This document shows, in pieces, positions 61,779 through 64,000 of a stretch of 64,000 bases of DNA. The first letter of the stretch is position 1, and every line of letters starts with the position of its first letter. The DNA is from Candidatus Chisholmbacteria bacterium RIFCSPHIGHO2_01_FULL_52_32 (GTDB lineage Bacteria > Patescibacteriota > Microgenomatia > UBA1400 > Chisholmbacteraceae): positions 522,681 through 586,680 of the forward strand of contig MHCJ01000003.1 of assembly GCA_001816585.1 (NCBI GenBank), written 5' to 3'. The notes beneath the pieces are model-generated. The model was given only the letters and a program-made list of their open reading frames with translations. It was not told the DNA's origin and made no database searches. The position numbers and the translations under genes are program-made.

Positions 61779-64000
61779 TTAGTCACTCTTCGATTGAACA
61801 CTGATTCCCCGCCCCTCGAATTCTTGACCCAATAGACCAACTTCAACGACATATGTCTTCCCAGTCTCAAAGTTAAAATCGGGAAGATGAAGATTAACAA
61901 TATAGTGTTGTTCGGTCGCGTCTATTCGTATGACATCGCTTTTCCCTTGCAAACTTGTTTCTTCCATTGAAAAGGCTGCGACGACCGAAGAAGGATCGTT
62001 TGAATCTATGACCCAGACCTGCACACTCTTATCTTCGACAAATCCTCCCTCGGCATCACGAATTGTGAACTTGATGGGAAGGGTGGATTTTAGCGTAACT
62101 TTACGGGGTTCATCCGGATTATTCAACGGTGGGTACCATTGGATATTCAGCGGAGCTATGGGCAGACTAGCTCGATTATAGACAGCTGTATGTTCATGAG
62201 TACCTCCTGGTGAAGTGGCCCCTGTGAATTCTACGATGGTTAGATAACCTTCCTCACTGAATGCTTGTACTTGCACCGTGTAATTCCCATAATCTATTCC
62301 TTGTAAGTTGATCGTGTATGCTCCTTCCAAGGGTTCCGGGATGAGAATAAAGTCCGGCTCATTAGCCTCGTTTGAACGGCTAAATAATGCCCCTGGAATC
62401 TCTGGGAGTTCCTCACCCGTATTAAAATCAAGACCCGTTCGTCTTCCCAGTGGATCGGTTATCTGAATTTCCACCGGCGACAAATTGATGAACCCTAAAG
62501 CTGCTTCGTGCAAATTGATGCCCGGATCGACAAAGCCGGCGTTAAAAAATGGACGGGAGATCGTTAAGTGCTCTAGTACGCTCTGCTGAAGTTGGGAGGG
62601 CATGTGTTGATGTGTGATGATTGAGCCATCATCACTCTGAGTTTTGTGCTCTGCCTGCATTCGCTCATCAAATAGACTGAGGTCAGCACTTGACAATGGA
62701 ACTGTTTCGTCACCAGGGCCTATCTCTCGAAATTCTCTTCCCTGCTTTACTTTCCCGTTAGTCCATAATCTCAATTGAGATTCTATGAAGTTACGTTCTA
62801 CTACCCTATAGAATGAGGGCGTATCTCTCTGTGGTCGATCTCCTATAAACGAAATCACATTGTTCCCTCCTAGCCGATCAATGAGAACTTCAATATTTTC
62901 ATTTAGTGAGGTCAAAAACTCATTCATCTGATGACCGAATGGGTAAATCGTTGTCGGTTCATTAGTGGAAATAAGGTACCCCCCAGGATCATTCTCTAAA
63001 TACTCATCCACTGGAAAAAGTTCCCGGATGCTCGACACCTTGTCTTCAATGTATCTGTAGAGATCTGTTTTAGTAGTTAAGCAAATTTTTATTAAGTCGG
63101 TGCAGTACCCATTTTTCCGGGCAAGACTGCGGATTAAAACATCTGCTAATATTTTCCCTACCTCGCCAGTATCATCGAAAAAATCAAACTCTAAGCCTTC
63201 TGCTACTAAATACGCTTTCGGTGCACCAAGGTGAGGTGTTCCAAGCGTAATTAACCGATGCACGTTACCCGTGTATGTGTCGCTCTGGACGTATGCCCGA
63301 GATACCAGCCCTCCGAGACTATGCCCAACAAGATCTACCGAGGAGGAGTTGATATATTCCTTCGATGCGGCTACCGGAAGTATTTTCGTTTTGATTGAAA
63401 CACCAAGCTCGTTTCCTGACTCTGAAATATGTTGCCGCCAATCGTATGGGAATGTGAATAGACTTGTATCTTTTTCATAACCAGCAAATTGTAGTTCTTC
63501 AAGGAGATTGTCATATGTACCAGCGACGGGATCTATTGTCCACTGTCCAAAAGCATTTTTCATTGAACCCAGAAGGCCGGGAATGACTACCACCGGGTGG
63601 ATTTGGGCGGTTGGGACGATCATGCTGTCTTCATCTTCGGCGATGACTTCTCCGCTTGAATCATTAAACAGTTTCGCGGTAACGAGAATAGTTTGTCCTG
63701 ACATCGGCTGAATCCACATCGGCCAGACTAAAGGCAGAGATTGGCCGGGTTGCAAGTTTATTGATCGCCGTAATATAGCCGGCGGCTCGATGAGGGTGTC
63801 ATTATATTCAAAGAGCAAGCGATCGGGATTTGAAAACGAAACAACGATAGTACCCAGCGCAGAAACTGATCCCGTATTTGACACATTGACCCGCACCTCA
63901 GCCGGATTCTGCGCATACCAGCCGCTGTCATTCAGCGTGAGTTCGTGCGGGACATCGACATCAACGACGATTGGAGCGGAGGCCGCGGTGGTGGAGAAGA
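61779..64000 (-). CDS. beta-propeller/PGAP1-like alpha/beta-hydrolase protein, paralog 2; N-terminus (propeller) lies beyond the window end
   Basis: The track ORF starts at a GTG at 63896, but the upstream frame stays open to the window end and aligns to paralog 1 (..VDVDVPHELTLNDSGWYAQNPAEVRVNVSNTG..). Also VVVIPGLLGS...GHSLGG...TPHLGAPKA. Confidence 0.7.
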   Translation of the reverse strand, partial: FSTTAASAPIVVDVDVPHELTLNDSGWYAQNPAEVRVNVSNTGSVSALGTIVVSFSNPDRLLFEYNDTLIEPPAILRRSINLQPGQSLPLVWPMWIQPMSGQTILVTAKLFNDSSGEVIAEDEDSMIVPTAQIHPVVVIPGLLGSMKNAFGQWTIDPVAGTYDNLLEELQFAGYEKDTSLFTFPYDWRQHISESGNELGVSIKTKILPVAASKEYINSSSVDLVGHSLGGLVSRAYVQSDTYTGNVHRLITLGTPHLGAPKAYLVAEGLEFDFFDDTGEVGKILADVLIRSLARKNGYCTDLIKICLTTKTDLYRYIEDKVSSIRELFPVDEYLENDPGGYLISTNEPTTIYPFGHQMNEFLTSLNENIEVLIDRLGGNNVISFIGDRPQRDTPSFYRVVERNFIESQLRLWTNGKVKQGREFREIGPGDETVPLSSADLSLFDERMQAEHKTQSDDGSIITHQHMPSQLQQSVLEHLTISRPFFNAGFVDPGINLHEAALGFINLSPVEIQITDPLGRRTGLDFNTGEELPEIPGALFSRSNEANEPDFILIPEPLEGAYTINLQGIDYGNYTVQVQAFSEEGYLTIVEFTGATSPGGTHEHTAVYNRASLPIAPLNIQWYPPLNNPDEPRKVTLKSTLPIKFTIRDAEGGFVEDKSVQVWVIDSNDPSSVVAAFSMEETSLQGKSDVIRIDATEQHYIVNLHLPDFNFETGKTYVVEVGLLGQEFEGRGISVQSKSD

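Overview
Mixed core/accessory chromosomal segment (about 47-48% GC). The gene content suggests a monoderm-type or Patescibacteria/CPR-like bacterium: three sortases, LPATG-anchored surface proteins, a SipW/TasA-type cluster, RtcB, a compact dTDP-rhamnose operon, and many small secreted proteins. No rRNA or tRNA gene was recognised. Window layout: an Ugd fragment, trmD and an rfbBCD-type dTDP-rhamnose operon; housekeeping/repair genes (HDAC-like, NUDIX, AlkD-like, histidine phosphatase, Fic, AlkA-like, RarA, SppA, RtcB); a sortase plus 1690-aa LPATG adhesin operon; a TasA-like x2 / SipW / lamin-tail-domain (LTD) cluster with a second sortase; a REP-associated tyrosine transposase (RAYT) gene bracketed by REP doublets; two paralogous modules of 'small membrane protein + large secreted beta-propeller/alpha-beta-hydrolase (lipase-like) protein'; a polysaccharide-modification cluster (2x PIG-L deacetylase, WbqC, GH18-like, creatininase-like, processive GT2, DegT aminotransferase); a third sortase operon encoding three proteins built from a shared, apparently uncharacterised ~90-aa repeat; and an S8 subtilase. 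The most striking sequence-level signal is a 19-bp palindromic REP element (GTACAGG-TGCGA-CCTGTAC) with about 17 copies spread through the window, almost all in short intergenic gaps, plus the cognate RAYT gene. This looks like a complete REP/RAYT system. A second layer of short mosaic intergenic repeats is also present. One of these has a (TTTAGGG)n tract, and the two copies flank rtcB as ~75-bp direct repeats. Coordinates of non-ORF features are read from the printed sequence and may be off by 1-2 nt.
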